Shown here: positions 7,687 through 17,308 of the stretch, in pieces
How the letters are laid out: the number at the start of each line of letters is the position of its first letter
How positions within the stretch are numbered: the stretch's first letter is position 1
From: a virus
Taxonomy: Duplodnaviria; Heunggongvirae; Uroviricota; Caudoviricetes
Strand: one strand, 5' to 3'
Virus record (IMG/VR): IMGVR_UViG_3300047476_001337
Span: 10,296 to 74,295 of that record
DNA length: 64,000 nt
Notes under the pieces: generated by a model
Seen by the model: only the letters and a program-made list of their open reading frames with translations
What the model was told of the DNA's origin: nothing
Database searches by the model: none
Program-made: the position numbers and the translations under genes

Positions 7687-8306
7687 CTTTGGGGGTAAAA
7701 ATTTGGAATTGTCAAAATGTCAGGTCCCTCTTTCGCATGGGGATAATGCCTTTACGGGGTTTTCATTTCCCCCACTATCTCCCACAGGGATATAATTGTA
7801 TAGTAGAATTCCCCCTGACGCTATCAGGAGAACCAATTTTATCCCCCTCACAGTAGCAAGAAGACCACTTTTTTTACTATATATAAAACCCAGAGAATAA
7901 TAGTTGTTATGAGTGCCTAGTCGGGTGGACACGTAGTGTCTTAGAATATTCCTTCAAGGAGGACGAAGTCTATTACTAAGATGACCCCTAATATAGACCA
8001 ATATATTCCTGTCCCCTTAGTTTATATGGATATTACATGATGTTAAATATATGTGGGAGAAAGTGGGAGTTATAGTTTATATCTAATTAGTCAGGTGAAA
8101 CCTGACCATTGTGATATACATAATAATAACTCCGTAATCTCCCCCACAATCTATGTCTACTCTATATGTCTCTACATATAATCTTTCATGTTCCTTAATG
8201 ATTATATCTGATTACATATAATATCAGACAACTATATAACATCTCACTGTATCCATCTCCTTTAGTGGGGGACAAACTACAAGTGGGGGTTCTTGTGGTG
8301 GGGGAA

Positions 8307-8798
8307 TTAGTTTTCCGTAATGGCCGTTACGGTAATCGGTGTTACCATAGGTTCTAAGAAATTACATAAGTCATTTACGTAATTAACATACTCAGGGTCC
8401 TTTAGACTACCATCTATAAGTTCTATCCTCTTAGGGTCTTCTAAGTACCATTGTGCAAGTTTGAGTGACTTAACTGTAGTATCATATACATCACCAAACT
8501 CATGGTCATCATTGTACCATCCTGTTTGAGTTTTATACTTAGTAAACTCTATAGAGAAGTTTAGATTTGAACCATCATTATAATGTTCAGGTATATAATG
8601 AATATACACACCATTATCCTCTAATGTCTTAAGGGAACTTAATACAAGGTTATCATATATCTCAGCCATTATCTCTCTTGTAAGATGTCCTGCAGTCTTG
8701 GTATTGTCATTTGCCCATCTTATAATAATGTCTTCTACCTTGGAGTATAATTCTTTGTACATAGTGTTAATAATAATGAATTCCCCCCACATAATCAA
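8307..8798 (-). CDS. hypothetical protein (163 aa)
   Basis: Long ORF followed downstream by a 666-bp ORF-free hairpin-rich stretch (7641..8306). Confidence 0.55.
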   Translation of the reverse strand: MIMWGEFIIINTMYKELYSKVEDIIIRWANDNTKTAGHLTREIMAEIYDNLVLSSLKTLEDNGVYIHYIPEHYNDGSNLNFSIEFTKYKTQTGWYNDDHEFGDVYDTTVKSLKLAQWYLEDPKRIELIDGSLKDPEYVNYVNDLCNFLEPMVTPITVTAITEN

Positions 8799-8987
8799 TA
8801 TAAGGTTGTGGACTTATAATGGACTATTATTAGGCTGTAGACTTATAGTGATACGATATGATACGGAAATATCCGATGGTGATACTATAAACAGAATAAA
8901 GTAAAAGTATGAACGAATGTGTGGAGTGATAACGACACACCCTGAGTGAATAGTTTTACTTTATGATGTGTAGTAATATTTACTATT

Positions 8988-9416
8988 ATGTCTAATCCTG
9001 ATTTATTTGAATATATCCCGAAATTTATACTATCTAATTATGACATGAATGTGGATGTACGAATTAAAAACGCTCCTAATAATAATAAAACTTTCATTTA
9101 TACATGGATTATTTTTACACCAAAAAAGATTAATTCTTTAACACCTCATGAGACAAACTTTTTTGCTAAGTACGATTGGATTCATCCTAAGGATGGAAAA
9201 GAAGAACTTTCTTACGATGATGCAATTTATATTAGAAAAGATGATATGCCGATTATAAAATATGTTGCAGGCGAATATTACTTAGATGAATTCTGTGAAA
9301 AGATGGCTAAAGACTTAACATTACAAACCATTGAGAAAATCAAATCAGGTGAAGAACTTCCGAAAATACCATTAGGTGATTTAGTTTACTTTAACTACGG
9401 TAAAAATAACTTTTGA
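8988..9416 (+). CDS. hypothetical protein (142 aa)
   Basis: First gene of a three-gene plus-strand island; followed by conserved terminator cassette copy 2. Confidence 0.6.
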   Translation: MSNPDLFEYIPKFILSNYDMNVDVRIKNAPNNNKTFIYTWIIFTPKKINSLTPHETNFFAKYDWIHPKDGKEELSYDDAIYIRKDDMPIIKYVAGEYYLDEFCEKMAKDLTLQTIEKIKSGEELPKIPLGDLVYFNYGKNNF

Positions 9417-9421
9417 TTAGG

Positions 9422-9461
9422 TCTCTGATGCCGGGGACTGATTATCCCCTACCCCCTTTTT
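9422..9461 (+). terminator. conserved hairpin/terminator cassette (copy 2), GCCGGGGACTGATTATCCCCTACCCCC followed by a T-run
   Basis: Lies directly after a stop codon, with a GGGG/CCCC stem and TTTTTT; copies at 9980..10020 and, in minus orientation, 3540..3580. Confidence 0.55.
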
Positions 9462-9480
9462 TATTTGAAATATTATCATT

Positions 9481-9488
9481 ACCTTTGT
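9481..9488 (+). promoter_or_regulatory. -7 promoter box TACCTTTG 4 nt upstream of the ATG at 9493
   Basis: Plus-strand TACCTTTGTGGAATGG, the same cassette architecture as the minus-strand genes. Confidence 0.5.
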
Positions 9489-9492
9489 GGAA

Positions 9493-9974
9493 TGGAATTG
9501 TCTAATTTATCATTTGAGGAACTTATTGAGTTAAGAAGTAAGATTAACGATATGATTTATTCATATGAAGATGGATATCTCTATATCTGTAATGTTCGTT
9601 CTTATGGTAGGAATTGGACTGAGAGGGTTAAAAATACTCTTGAGTTGGAAGAGTTATGTAATAAATACGATGGTCAAGATGGTATTGTGGATGTTTATTC
9701 TACCAACCCTAATTTAGATTTTATGCATAACTACGGTGCTTTGATGTATATTGAATCACAAGAAGATTATGCTAATTGGAATGGGTATAACAAATTAAAC
9801 AGTCTTATACCCCAAATTAAGGAGGAATTGGATGAATGGGATAATAGAAATAATGTTCCGTTTAATCAACGTCCATTATTTGAACCAACTTATACTCGTG
9901 GAGATTTGGCAAACTATGAACTTCAGTTGGCTGTGTATGACATGTCTTTCGTACCACCGAAACCATATCATTAA
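9493..9974 (+). CDS. hypothetical protein (160 aa). I moved the start to the ATG that follows the -7 box.
   Basis: The track ORF 9465.. begins with the translated promoter cassette (...YLCGME...). Confidence 0.6.
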
Positions 9975-9979
9975 ACATA

Positions 9980-10020
9980 TCTCTGATGCCGGGGACTGAT
10001 TAACCCCAACCCCTTTTATT
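9980..10020 (+). terminator. conserved hairpin/terminator cassette (copy 3)
   Basis: TCTCTGATGCCGGGGACTGATTAACCCCAACCCCTTTTATT directly after the stop codon. Confidence 0.55.
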
Positions 10021-10032
10021 ATATTTATTGTT

Positions 10033-10338
10033 ATGGAAGTATCTGAAAAAATGATTAAGAAAGTATTAGAACACTTGGTTTCACCTAAGTGGAATGGTAT
10101 TGTGGAATATAATATTGAACCTTCTACACACGATGATACAGGTGTTGTGTACTACATGATAGATGTTATATTTGATATTAATAAGTATTGGTCAATATAT
10201 CACGCAGGTAAATATGATTATCCAGTAGAAATGGATATAGAGATTGAAACTGATGTTAGAAACGCGATGAAGTATTTGGGTATTAACACAACATTTGTAA
10301 CAATGTATGTTAGGGATGAAGATGGAATTTGGAAATAA
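10033..10338 (+). CDS. hypothetical protein (101 aa)
   Basis: Third gene of the plus-strand island. Confidence 0.55.
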   Translation: MEVSEKMIKKVLEHLVSPKWNGIVEYNIEPSTHDDTGVVYYMIDVIFDINKYWSIYHAGKYDYPVEMDIEIETDVRNAMKYLGINTTFVTMYVRDEDGIWK

Positions 10339-10353
10339 TTAATAGAATTACCA

Positions 10354-10692
10354 TTATGGACAAACATATTGATGCATAAGACGTAATTTCTCACCGTATT
10401 TGTCTCTAGCATATTTCTCCATCATCTTATACGCTTCCCCCCACTCAGGTGAACTATTACTAACATCACTAAAGTAATCCCAATAGATTGTATCTAATGT
10501 TTTGGATATTGTTGCATCAATAAAATCATCCTCATCAATTTCACACATAGAATATTGGTGATTGACTTCATCTGCAGATACAAAGATTAACTCATCAACA
10601 TTACGTATTCTTCTTTGTGCGGCAACCAAAAGATTGGCCTCATTTAATCCCATCATCTCTTGTATTCTATTTACCTGCTCTTGTAAGTTCAT
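10354..10692 (-). CDS. hypothetical protein (112 aa)
   Basis: ORF whose stop overlaps the start of the upstream gene by 4 nt. Confidence 0.5.
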   Translation of the reverse strand: MNLQEQVNRIQEMMGLNEANLLVAAQRRIRNVDELIFVSADEVNHQYSMCEIDEDDFIDATISKTLDTIYWDYFSDVSNSSPEWGEAYKMMEKYARDKYGEKLRLMHQYVCP

Positions 10693-11420
10693 TTCTTTTT
10701 CTTCACACAGTTAGGGTATCTTTTACCGAACATTGTCTTCATACCTTTTTGAGTATAACCTGCCCAACATCTTTCAGTTAGTTCACCCTCTTTAATTTCT
10801 TTGAGTCTATTCTTTGGCATTGATTTGATGATTGAGAAGTTATACCCCCAAGTATTTCCCTCATCACCAATACTCTTTATCCTTAACGGACGGCTATTCA
10901 TTGTACCTGAGAATGTATCTTCAGGATATTCATTAATACTATCCAATTTATTTTTTACCTCATCCCAATCAACATCAACCCAATCACCATACTTCGTTAT
11001 CATTTCATCAAATGACTTAAAACCTTCGGCAAATCCACGCCAATCTCTATTACCATAAGGTTTATCGTGTTTAACAAAGATATAGGTTTCACCTGTTGAA
11101 CTTCTTTCCTCTTCTTCCGCATCTCTTTGTCTTTTCTCAAAATATTGTGTTAACTCTTCACTGTAATTGTCTGTTATATACTCTTTAATCTCATCCCAAA
11201 CTTTATAATATATTGTATCATCATATTCAAAATTGTCTGGCATAACTTTATACATCACTTGTGTGATTGCTGTCAACACACTATCTTCTATTGGTTGATT
11301 TTTTTTGAAAGCCCCCATCTTATATTGGTTTAATATCTTTTCAATATCCCCAAATTTTAACCTACGTCTTATTGATGGTGTAAGTTCCTCTCTTAATATT
11401 CTTCTAATCAGGTCTTTCAT
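10689..11420 (-). CDS. MKDLIRRILREE-leader family protein 1 (243 aa)
   Basis: Shares the N-terminal MKDLIRRILREE with the two upstream paralogues; the C-terminal part is unrelated. Confidence 0.6.
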   Translation of the reverse strand: MKDLIRRILREELTPSIRRRLKFGDIEKILNQYKMGAFKKNQPIEDSVLTAITQVMYKVMPDNFEYDDTIYYKVWDEIKEYITDNYSEELTQYFEKRQRDAEEEERSSTGETYIFVKHDKPYGNRDWRGFAEGFKSFDEMITKYGDWVDVDWDEVKNKLDSINEYPEDTFSGTMNSRPLRIKSIGDEGNTWGYNFSIIKSMPKNRLKEIKEGELTERCWAGYTQKGMKTMFGKRYPNCVKKKK

Positions 11421-11422
11421 AA

Positions 11423-11965
11423 TTAATAAAAAGTCTTTACACCCATGTATTTTGATAAATTGTATTTATCTATTATCTGTTTGAAGATTTGTTGTCTGTA
11501 TCTTTTACCTAATGTGTTTCGTTTGTTAATATGAACATAACCAAACCCTGAATCACCACTTCTCCCAACAACTTTGTAATAGTTTTGGTTATGAAGTTTT
11601 GTCGGTACTAAGTTAGCTGTGAACGAGTATAAATAGAGATTCTTGGAACCAAATCTAAATTTACCCAATTCTTTTTCAACCGAATTATACAAAAATTGCG
11701 ATTTTTTATCTTCAAACCCAAGTTCATCAACTAACGCCTTATGTAAATATAAATCCATTCCGTCCGTTGACAAGTAAGCAAGTGGAGTTGTTGTTTCTTC
11801 ACTAAACTTAATTATATCACCGTCATAAAGAATTTTTATTAAACTATCTACCCCACCCATAACTTTGGCAGCAGTTTCTAATCCTGATTTTTTTATCATG
11901 GATTTAATGGCGTCTTTTTTAGATTCAGTTTCCTCTCTTAATATTCTTCTAATCAAATCTTTCAT
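11423..11965 (-). CDS. MKDLIRRILREE-leader family protein 2 (180 aa), a tandem paralogue of 11968..12501
   Basis: Near-identical to the next gene over its whole length; a ~545-bp tandem DNA duplication is visible. Confidence 0.6.
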   Translation of the reverse strand: MKDLIRRILREETESKKDAIKSMIKKSGLETAAKVMGGVDSLIKILYDGDIIKFSEETTTPLAYLSTDGMDLYLHKALVDELGFEDKKSQFLYNSVEKELGKFRFGSKNLYLYSFTANLVPTKLHNQNYYKVVGRSGDSGFGYVHINKRNTLGKRYRQQIFKQIIDKYNLSKYMGVKTFY

Positions 11966-11967
11966 AA

Positions 11968-12501
11968 TTAATAAAAAGTCTTTACACCCATGTATTTCGA
12001 TAAATTGTATTTATCTATTATCTGTTTGAAGATTTGTTGTCTATATCTTAGACCTAATATATTTTTTTTATTAATAAAACTATAACCAAATCCTGAATCA
12101 CCACTTGTTCCAACGACTCTATAATATTTTTGGTCATGAAGTCTTGTTGGAGTTAATGTGGCGCTGAAAGCATATTTCTGACCATTCTTGGAACCATAAG
12201 CGAATTTACCTAATTCTTTTTCAATACGGCTACCCCATGGCATATCTTTTAGTCCAAGTTCATTAACTAATGCCTCGTGTAAATATAAATTCATTTTATC
12301 CAAAGACATATAAGCAAGTGGAGTATTTGTTTCTTCACTAAACTTAATCATATCCCCATCATAAAGAATTTTTATTAAACTATCTACCCCACCCATAACT
12401 TTAGCAGCAGTTTCTAATCCTGATTTCTTTATCAGGGATTTAATAGCATCTTTTTTGAATTCAGTCTCTTCTCTTAATATTCTTCTAATTAAATCTTTCA
12501 T
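11968..12501 (-). CDS. MKDLIRRILREE-leader family protein 3 (start placed at MKDLIRR)
   Basis: Paralogue of 11423..11965; start placed at the conserved leader. Confidence 0.6.
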   Translation of the reverse strand: MKDLIRRILREETEFKKDAIKSLIKKSGLETAAKVMGGVDSLIKILYDGDMIKFSEETNTPLAYMSLDKMNLYLHEALVNELGLKDMPWGSRIEKELGKFAYGSKNGQKYAFSATLTPTRLHDQKYYRVVGTSGDSGFGYSFINKKNILGLRYRQQIFKQIIDKYNLSKYMGVKTFY

Positions 12502-12502
12502 A

Positions 12503-12865
12503 TTAGCAATAATGTTCATCTTTTATATCCTGAATCAAATGACCGCCAGTAAATTTATCGGAATACCTATTGTTAAAATAATCAATTATTACCTTAGTAA
12601 TTTCTTTTTTAGACAAACCGAAAGACCTTCCATATTGTGTTAATCGTTTCCAATCACCACAACTTGCAACCCAAAGATTCCCCCACCTATTCTTATGGAA
12701 AGATAATGACTTACTATTAGGTGGGTACCACCTAACATAACCTTCACCATCATTTTCAACAACAAAGTCTTTTAACACTCTATCAAAAAAATGACTCAAG
12801 ACATTGTAATGATTGTCCTCAGTCATTAAATTAGAAAGTTGGCTCTCTGTGATAATAAATCTCAT
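12503..12865 (-). CDS. hypothetical protein with the N-terminal leader MRFIITESQL
   Basis: Shares the FI(I/V)(T/S)E(S/T)Q(L/Y) leader with three other proteins in the window. Confidence 0.55.
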   Translation of the reverse strand: MRFIITESQLSNLMTEDNHYNVLSHFFDRVLKDFVVENDGEGYVRWYPPNSKSLSFHKNRWGNLWVASCGDWKRLTQYGRSFGLSKKEITKVIIDYFNNRYSDKFTGGHLIQDIKDEHYC

Positions 12866-12881
12866 ATATCAATAAATATAA

Positions 12882-13157
12882 CTACATTGATTTGAGGATT
12901 ACTTCCAACATCTGAATCTTATCTTTATCTTCCTTTGTTTTCTTTGGTTTACTCTTGAGGTATGCAATCGCATCCATAATCTCCTTTTGTTTGTCGTTAA
13001 CTACAGGAGCAGGTTTGCTTACGGTCTTTCTTACGCCAGCAGTTTTGGCGGTGATTGCTTTTGGTCTCTCACCGTACAACACATCCATAACCATCTTAGC
13101 TTTTTTCTCATCCTTGGTGATGGCTAGTATCAATAGGTATGTAAGTATCTTATCCAT
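12882..13157 (-). CDS. hypothetical protein (92 aa). I moved the start to the ATG after the TATATTTG box.
   Basis: -7 box at 13162..13169; the track ORF begins with the promoter-derived ...YICGMD... Confidence 0.5.
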   Translation of the reverse strand: MDKILTYLLILAITKDEKKAKMVMDVLYGERPKAITAKTAGVRKTVSKPAPVVNDKQKEIMDAIAYLKSKPKKTKEDKDKIQMLEVILKSM

Positions 13158-13176
13158 ACCACAAATATAATGAAAA

Positions 13177-13198
13177 ACCCCCACGTTTCCATGAGGGT
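13177..13198 (-). terminator. intrinsic terminator of the CCCCCAC/GTGAGGG family (ACCCCCACgtttccaTGAGGGT plus a T-run)
   Basis: Hairpin directly after the stop of 13210..13749. Confidence 0.55.
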
Positions 13199-13209
13199 CT
13201 CAGACTTTA

Positions 13210-13749
13210 TTACGTATAGAGTTCTTTATCTACCAATCCACAAAGAAAGGTAGAAACCAATTCAGCTTCAGGGTTTCTCCAAGCGTGATTAAGATATACA
13301 TCAGCATTTTTATGGTAATGATAGTGGTTCTTATCCAAATGTTCTTGGGCGGCTTTTGCCGTAAAAAAAGAATTAGTGTATTCGGGAACCAACGAATATG
13401 AATGTTCTACAATATCCGAAACACGTTCCTGTAACCAATCTACAAGGTCAGATTGCCATGAATACTCAGCTCTATTGTCCCACATTTCTTTAATTTCATC
13501 TTCAACAAATTCAATTTCAAAATCATTCAAATATTCAATAAGTTGGTCATATGTTTCAATTTCAATACCATTACCTCTATCCAAAATTATATGAACATCA
13601 CCATTTAAGTCCGCATCATAAACTTTTTTCCAATCTCTAATTTGGAATATGTGTGGCATCCTCGTACCTCTTGGGTCCTGTGTTGTCATTTCTGTTGCGA
13701 GTTCAATTAACTTCACATACATTTCGTCTGATAGTTCTATTGTTTTCAT
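13210..13749 (-). CDS. hypothetical protein (179 aa)
   Basis: Long ORF followed by a terminator. Confidence 0.6.
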   Translation of the reverse strand: MKTIELSDEMYVKLIELATEMTTQDPRGTRMPHIFQIRDWKKVYDADLNGDVHIILDRGNGIEIETYDQLIEYLNDFEIEFVEDEIKEMWDNRAEYSWQSDLVDWLQERVSDIVEHSYSLVPEYTNSFFTAKAAQEHLDKNHYHYHKNADVYLNHAWRNPEAELVSTFLCGLVDKELYT

Positions 13750-13781
13750 TATGATAAAGAGTTAGGTAAAAATACTATATT

Positions 13782-14525
13782 TTATTTATATTTCCAAATA
13801 AAACCACCCGATGTTTTTTGTTTATGTCTCAAACATCCATTTATTGATTTGTAGCATAAATTTAATTCTTTCGATGCTTTTAACGCGTTAACCCATTCTT
13901 TTATAAATTTACCATCTAATGAGTATTGTAAAACAGGTTTGGATTTTACATGAGGTAATCCAGTACGGGTCAGGTATCTTTTATAATTGTTATTATCACC
14001 TTTCGCAGAATCGCTCATCTTGTTTTTAGTTTCAAGTGATTTTGATTTACCTTTTGAAGATTCGCTCATTTTCTTTTTTGTTTCATTAGTAACTTTTTTA
14101 CCAATTGCGGATTTACTCATCTTCAATTTGGTTTCCTCATTGTGTTTTTTACCGTACCAAAACGGTTTTAACACACCATTTACAACCAATTCATCGTCTT
14201 TAGATATTCTAAAAACTTTACCATTTTCATCAACATATTGCCCTAACCCTACAGTTTTGAACCCAACACCTGGAATGTGAGCGTTTTTATTTAATTTATC
14301 GGAACGATGAGTGATAATCAATTTTCGTTCATAACTAATACATTGTTCTCTATCTTGAAAATCAAATTTGATTATAGTTTTTACCAATGTTTTTTTATCA
14401 GGTTTCCAAGATTTCATAGAACCCAAATAATAAATGTCTTTATTGGGTTCAACTTTGGAGGTTCTGCTTCCGAAGTAATACTCCCCTGTTTCAGGTAATT
14501 CTAATTTATAAACATAATGATACAT
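13782..14525 (-). mobile_element. GIY-YIG homing endonuclease (Seg/I-TevI-like) with three NUMOD3 repeats and a C-terminal NUMOD1/IENR1 HTH
   Basis: N-terminal YVYKL...GEYYFGS (GIY-YIG), repeats ETKLKMSKSAIGKK / TKKKMSESSKGKS / ETKNKMSDSAKG, and a C-terminal VLQYSLDGKFIKEW...GGFIWKY. I placed the start at MYHYVYKL; the track N-terminus is hydrophobic junk. Confidence 0.8.
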
Positions 14526-14571
14526 ACACAATAAATATATCATGACATTCAAAAAAACAATTTTAAGAAAA

Positions 14572-15180
14572 TTAAAGTGAATTAGGGTAATATAATAAAG
14601 TGGGATTCTTTTTAGCAATATCAGGCACATCACCTTGTAATGACATAATCTTATTGAACTCCATTACGTCAAATCTACCTGTGATTAAATGAAAACCATT
14701 TTTGGTTGGGATAGTTGCGTATATTTTATTTCCTTCGGGTCTACATTCATTAACAAGCCTCATAATCCTTAAAAGGACTTCCTCATCTTTCATATCAACA
14801 TCAACAATCCATCTCTTCTCTTGGGTTTTGATTTGACCAACAACCGAATCAAATAAGCCTTTTTGGTTAGTTTGACCATTTTGTAGTCTTTGAGCTAATT
14901 CAACCATCATATTAAAAGATACATCTTTGTGGTTTTGTTTTTGAACATGAATGTAAGCACGAGCTTTGAACATCTCACAAAGTTGTTTAATCTCATCATA
15001 CCTACGCTCAAGATGTCCAATACTTTCAATACAATAAGTCTTAATTGTTCTTACCGATTGGTGGTTATCTCTTTCACCCTCAGGTTGGTCTTTCTTTCTC
15101 TTGAATACATAAAGCATGTAGAAGTCACCTTTATCAGTGAAGTTCAAAAGTGGTTTAATTATTTCTAAGTTATCAATCAT
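14572..15180 (-). CDS. hypothetical protein (202 aa)
   Basis: Long ORF with no recognisable motif. Confidence 0.55.
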   Translation of the reverse strand: MIDNLEIIKPLLNFTDKGDFYMLYVFKRKKDQPEGERDNHQSVRTIKTYCIESIGHLERRYDEIKQLCEMFKARAYIHVQKQNHKDVSFNMMVELAQRLQNGQTNQKGLFDSVVGQIKTQEKRWIVDVDMKDEEVLLRIMRLVNECRPEGNKIYATIPTKNGFHLITGRFDVMEFNKIMSLQGDVPDIAKKNPTLLYYPNSL

Positions 15181-15466
15181 TTTCTTTGTTAATTTCTTTT
15201 AGATGTTTCAATAATTTATCTGCCTGATAATTCATTCTGACTAATGTTTTTGTTGATTCAGGATATTCGTGACATTCCATAATTCCAAATGATTCGTTAG
15301 ATTTACGGTTACCATTATCCTCCCACCATTTGTTTAATTTATCCGTGTTACCTAAATTACAAGTCCTTTCAATTGGTGTATATTTCCCATCAATCCAATC
15401 ATATTTTGACAACGCATGGACACACTCATTGCATCCACTTTTTTCATATAAGATGTCGTTAGTCAT
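15173..15466 (-). CDS. hypothetical Cys/His-rich protein (97 aa)
   Basis: ORF with CNEC...CNLG...ECHEY cysteines; overlaps its neighbours by 8 nt. Confidence 0.5.
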   Translation of the reverse strand: MTNDILYEKSGCNECVHALSKYDWIDGKYTPIERTCNLGNTDKLNKWWEDNGNRKSNESFGIMECHEYPESTKTLVRMNYQADKLLKHLKEINKEND

Positions 15467-15920
15467 ATTCGTTTGTTTTCTTTAATACTTTCTTAATCTT
15501 GTTGTCACCAACTTTTGTTGGTAAACCTTTTAGGTATTTGATGAATTGACCTCTTGTCATTTTTGGGAATGTTGATTTTGGATATTCATCATATGAGTTA
15601 GGGTCAAAATTTGTGGTATCAATATGTTCCCAATATAATCTTTCCAATACTACATCAACAACACTATGTTCATCAGACTCACCCCAATAATCACTAGTAG
15701 AGAAATGAATTGCTGGCATATAGATAGGAAATCTATATCTCTTACCATCGTATGGATTGGGTTTTGTTTTATAACATTTTTTATTAAACCAATTATATGA
15801 TTCCCAATACAAATCTTCCAATTTGAATTCACCCTTGATGAATCCTTTTTTGTAAAGAAGCTCAACAATTTGTTTTTCCTCTTTAATCCATCGTCTTTTT
15901 ATTTTCGGTGTGCGTGCCAT
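15459..15920 (-). CDS. hypothetical protein (153 aa)
   Basis: ORF in the same-strand array. Confidence 0.55.
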   Translation of the reverse strand: MARTPKIKRRWIKEEKQIVELLYKKGFIKGEFKLEDLYWESYNWFNKKCYKTKPNPYDGKRYRFPIYMPAIHFSTSDYWGESDEHSVVDVVLERLYWEHIDTTNFDPNSYDEYPKSTFPKMTRGQFIKYLKGLPTKVGDNKIKKVLKKTNEYD

Positions 15921-15933
15921 ATTTTATAATTTA

Positions 15934-16554
15934 CTAAATGTATTTTCCAACTAACACTGTTTGACCTTGTGAGTTGGTAATTGTTTTAGGCTCCTCCCCA
16001 TCTTTCATAAAAACATCGCAATCAAATTGTCCATAATCTTCCATCTCACACTCAAAATACTTAGGACGTTTTGGTTGTTGGATATGTTGGATAATTTCAT
16101 CTGTGGTTATATCGTCTCCAACTCCTAAAGCATTAAATATTAAGGAACAACATTCTCTCAAATCTTCTTCAGTGTACTTGTAGGTTTCTTTTGCTTTGTT
16201 GTAACCTCTAGTGAATGTTCCTTGTAGCATACCTATTAAAATAGCTTTTTGTACTTTTTTGGTAACTCCTAATTCTTCAAACAAAGGTGATTCCATTTCC
16301 AAATAAAACTGTTTTTCAGATATTTTCTTAACATCCTCTTCTTGACTAAACTCAGGTAACAAAGGAACTCCTTCAAGAATCGCAGCATCTGTAAATGGTC
16401 GGTGTCCAATAATGACTCTATCACCATAATTCCACCCAACTACAGTGTGTATTATGTTTTCTTTAGTTAAAAATACTTGACCTTCTTTTCCGGGTGATGT
16501 TAGTTCGATTACAATAAGTGCACAGTCATCTGTGTAAATTATTTCGTGTTTCAT
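15934..16554 (-). CDS. hypothetical protein (206 aa)
   Basis: ORF in the same-strand array. Confidence 0.55.
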   Translation of the reverse strand: MKHEIIYTDDCALIVIELTSPGKEGQVFLTKENIIHTVVGWNYGDRVIIGHRPFTDAAILEGVPLLPEFSQEEDVKKISEKQFYLEMESPLFEELGVTKKVQKAILIGMLQGTFTRGYNKAKETYKYTEEDLRECCSLIFNALGVGDDITTDEIIQHIQQPKRPKYFECEMEDYGQFDCDVFMKDGEEPKTITNSQGQTVLVGKYI

Positions 16555-16557
16555 ATT

Positions 16558-17307
16558 TTATAGTTCTGTTGTTGGTTTAAGCCATAATCCCTTCCCAAAC
16601 ATAATTTCTAATATCTTTGGGTTAGTATATTTAATTTTTTCAAATAAGTCCAATGTTTTCAATGTATCATGTTTCATCATCTTGAATATCTCATCTCTAA
16701 TTCTTTCCTGTGATACAACTTGTTCAAGTTTGTTAACAATATCATCAACATGACATGTTTCCCATATTCTTGGTGAAATGTCAAATCCTTTGGTAATTGA
16801 GAATCTAAACGCTCTCAACAATCTCAATGGGTCATCCAACATGGTTGTCCATGCGGTTTGTGGTGTCATAAGAATTTTGTTCTCCAAAGCCCACATACCA
16901 TCAAACATATCAATAATATTACCATCTTCGTCTTTTGCCAATGCGTTTAAGGTAAAATCCCTACGAATCAAATCGTCTCTCAACGTGCCAGGAACCACCA
17001 TTGGTTGTCTTGTATCAGGAATGTATCCAACTTCTTTACGAGCCATTACAAAGTCCGCTACACCTTGATATTTGTGGTCTTTTGGAAACTTTGCTCTGAT
17101 GGTAAAACAATCAGGAGTAATCAAGAAGATTTCAAATCCTTTACTTCTTAAGTATGTCTCAAGGATTGAGAACATGGTGTCCGCATAGGTGATTTTTTCT
17201 AATAAACCTTCATCAGGAACCGCAACGTAATCAATGTCTTTGGATTTCAATCCAAGAAGTTCGTCTCTGACGCAACCACCTACTTCATAAAACTTAAATT
17301 CTTCCAT
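16558..17307 (-). CDS. cca: tRNA nucleotidyltransferase (CCA-adding enzyme, minimal head domain)
   Basis: GGCVRDELLG...DIDY, RRDFTLNA and DDPLRLLRAFRF match the polymerase-beta-type CCA enzyme head domain. Confidence 0.85.
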   Translation of the reverse strand: MEEFKFYEVGGCVRDELLGLKSKDIDYVAVPDEGLLEKITYADTMFSILETYLRSKGFEIFLITPDCFTIRAKFPKDHKYQGVADFVMARKEVGYIPDTRQPMVVPGTLRDDLIRRDFTLNALAKDEDGNIIDMFDGMWALENKILMTPQTAWTTMLDDPLRLLRAFRFSITKGFDISPRIWETCHVDDIVNKLEQVVSQERIRDEIFKMMKHDTLKTLDLFEKIKYTNPKILEIMFGKGLWLKPTTEL

Positions 17308-17308
17308 A

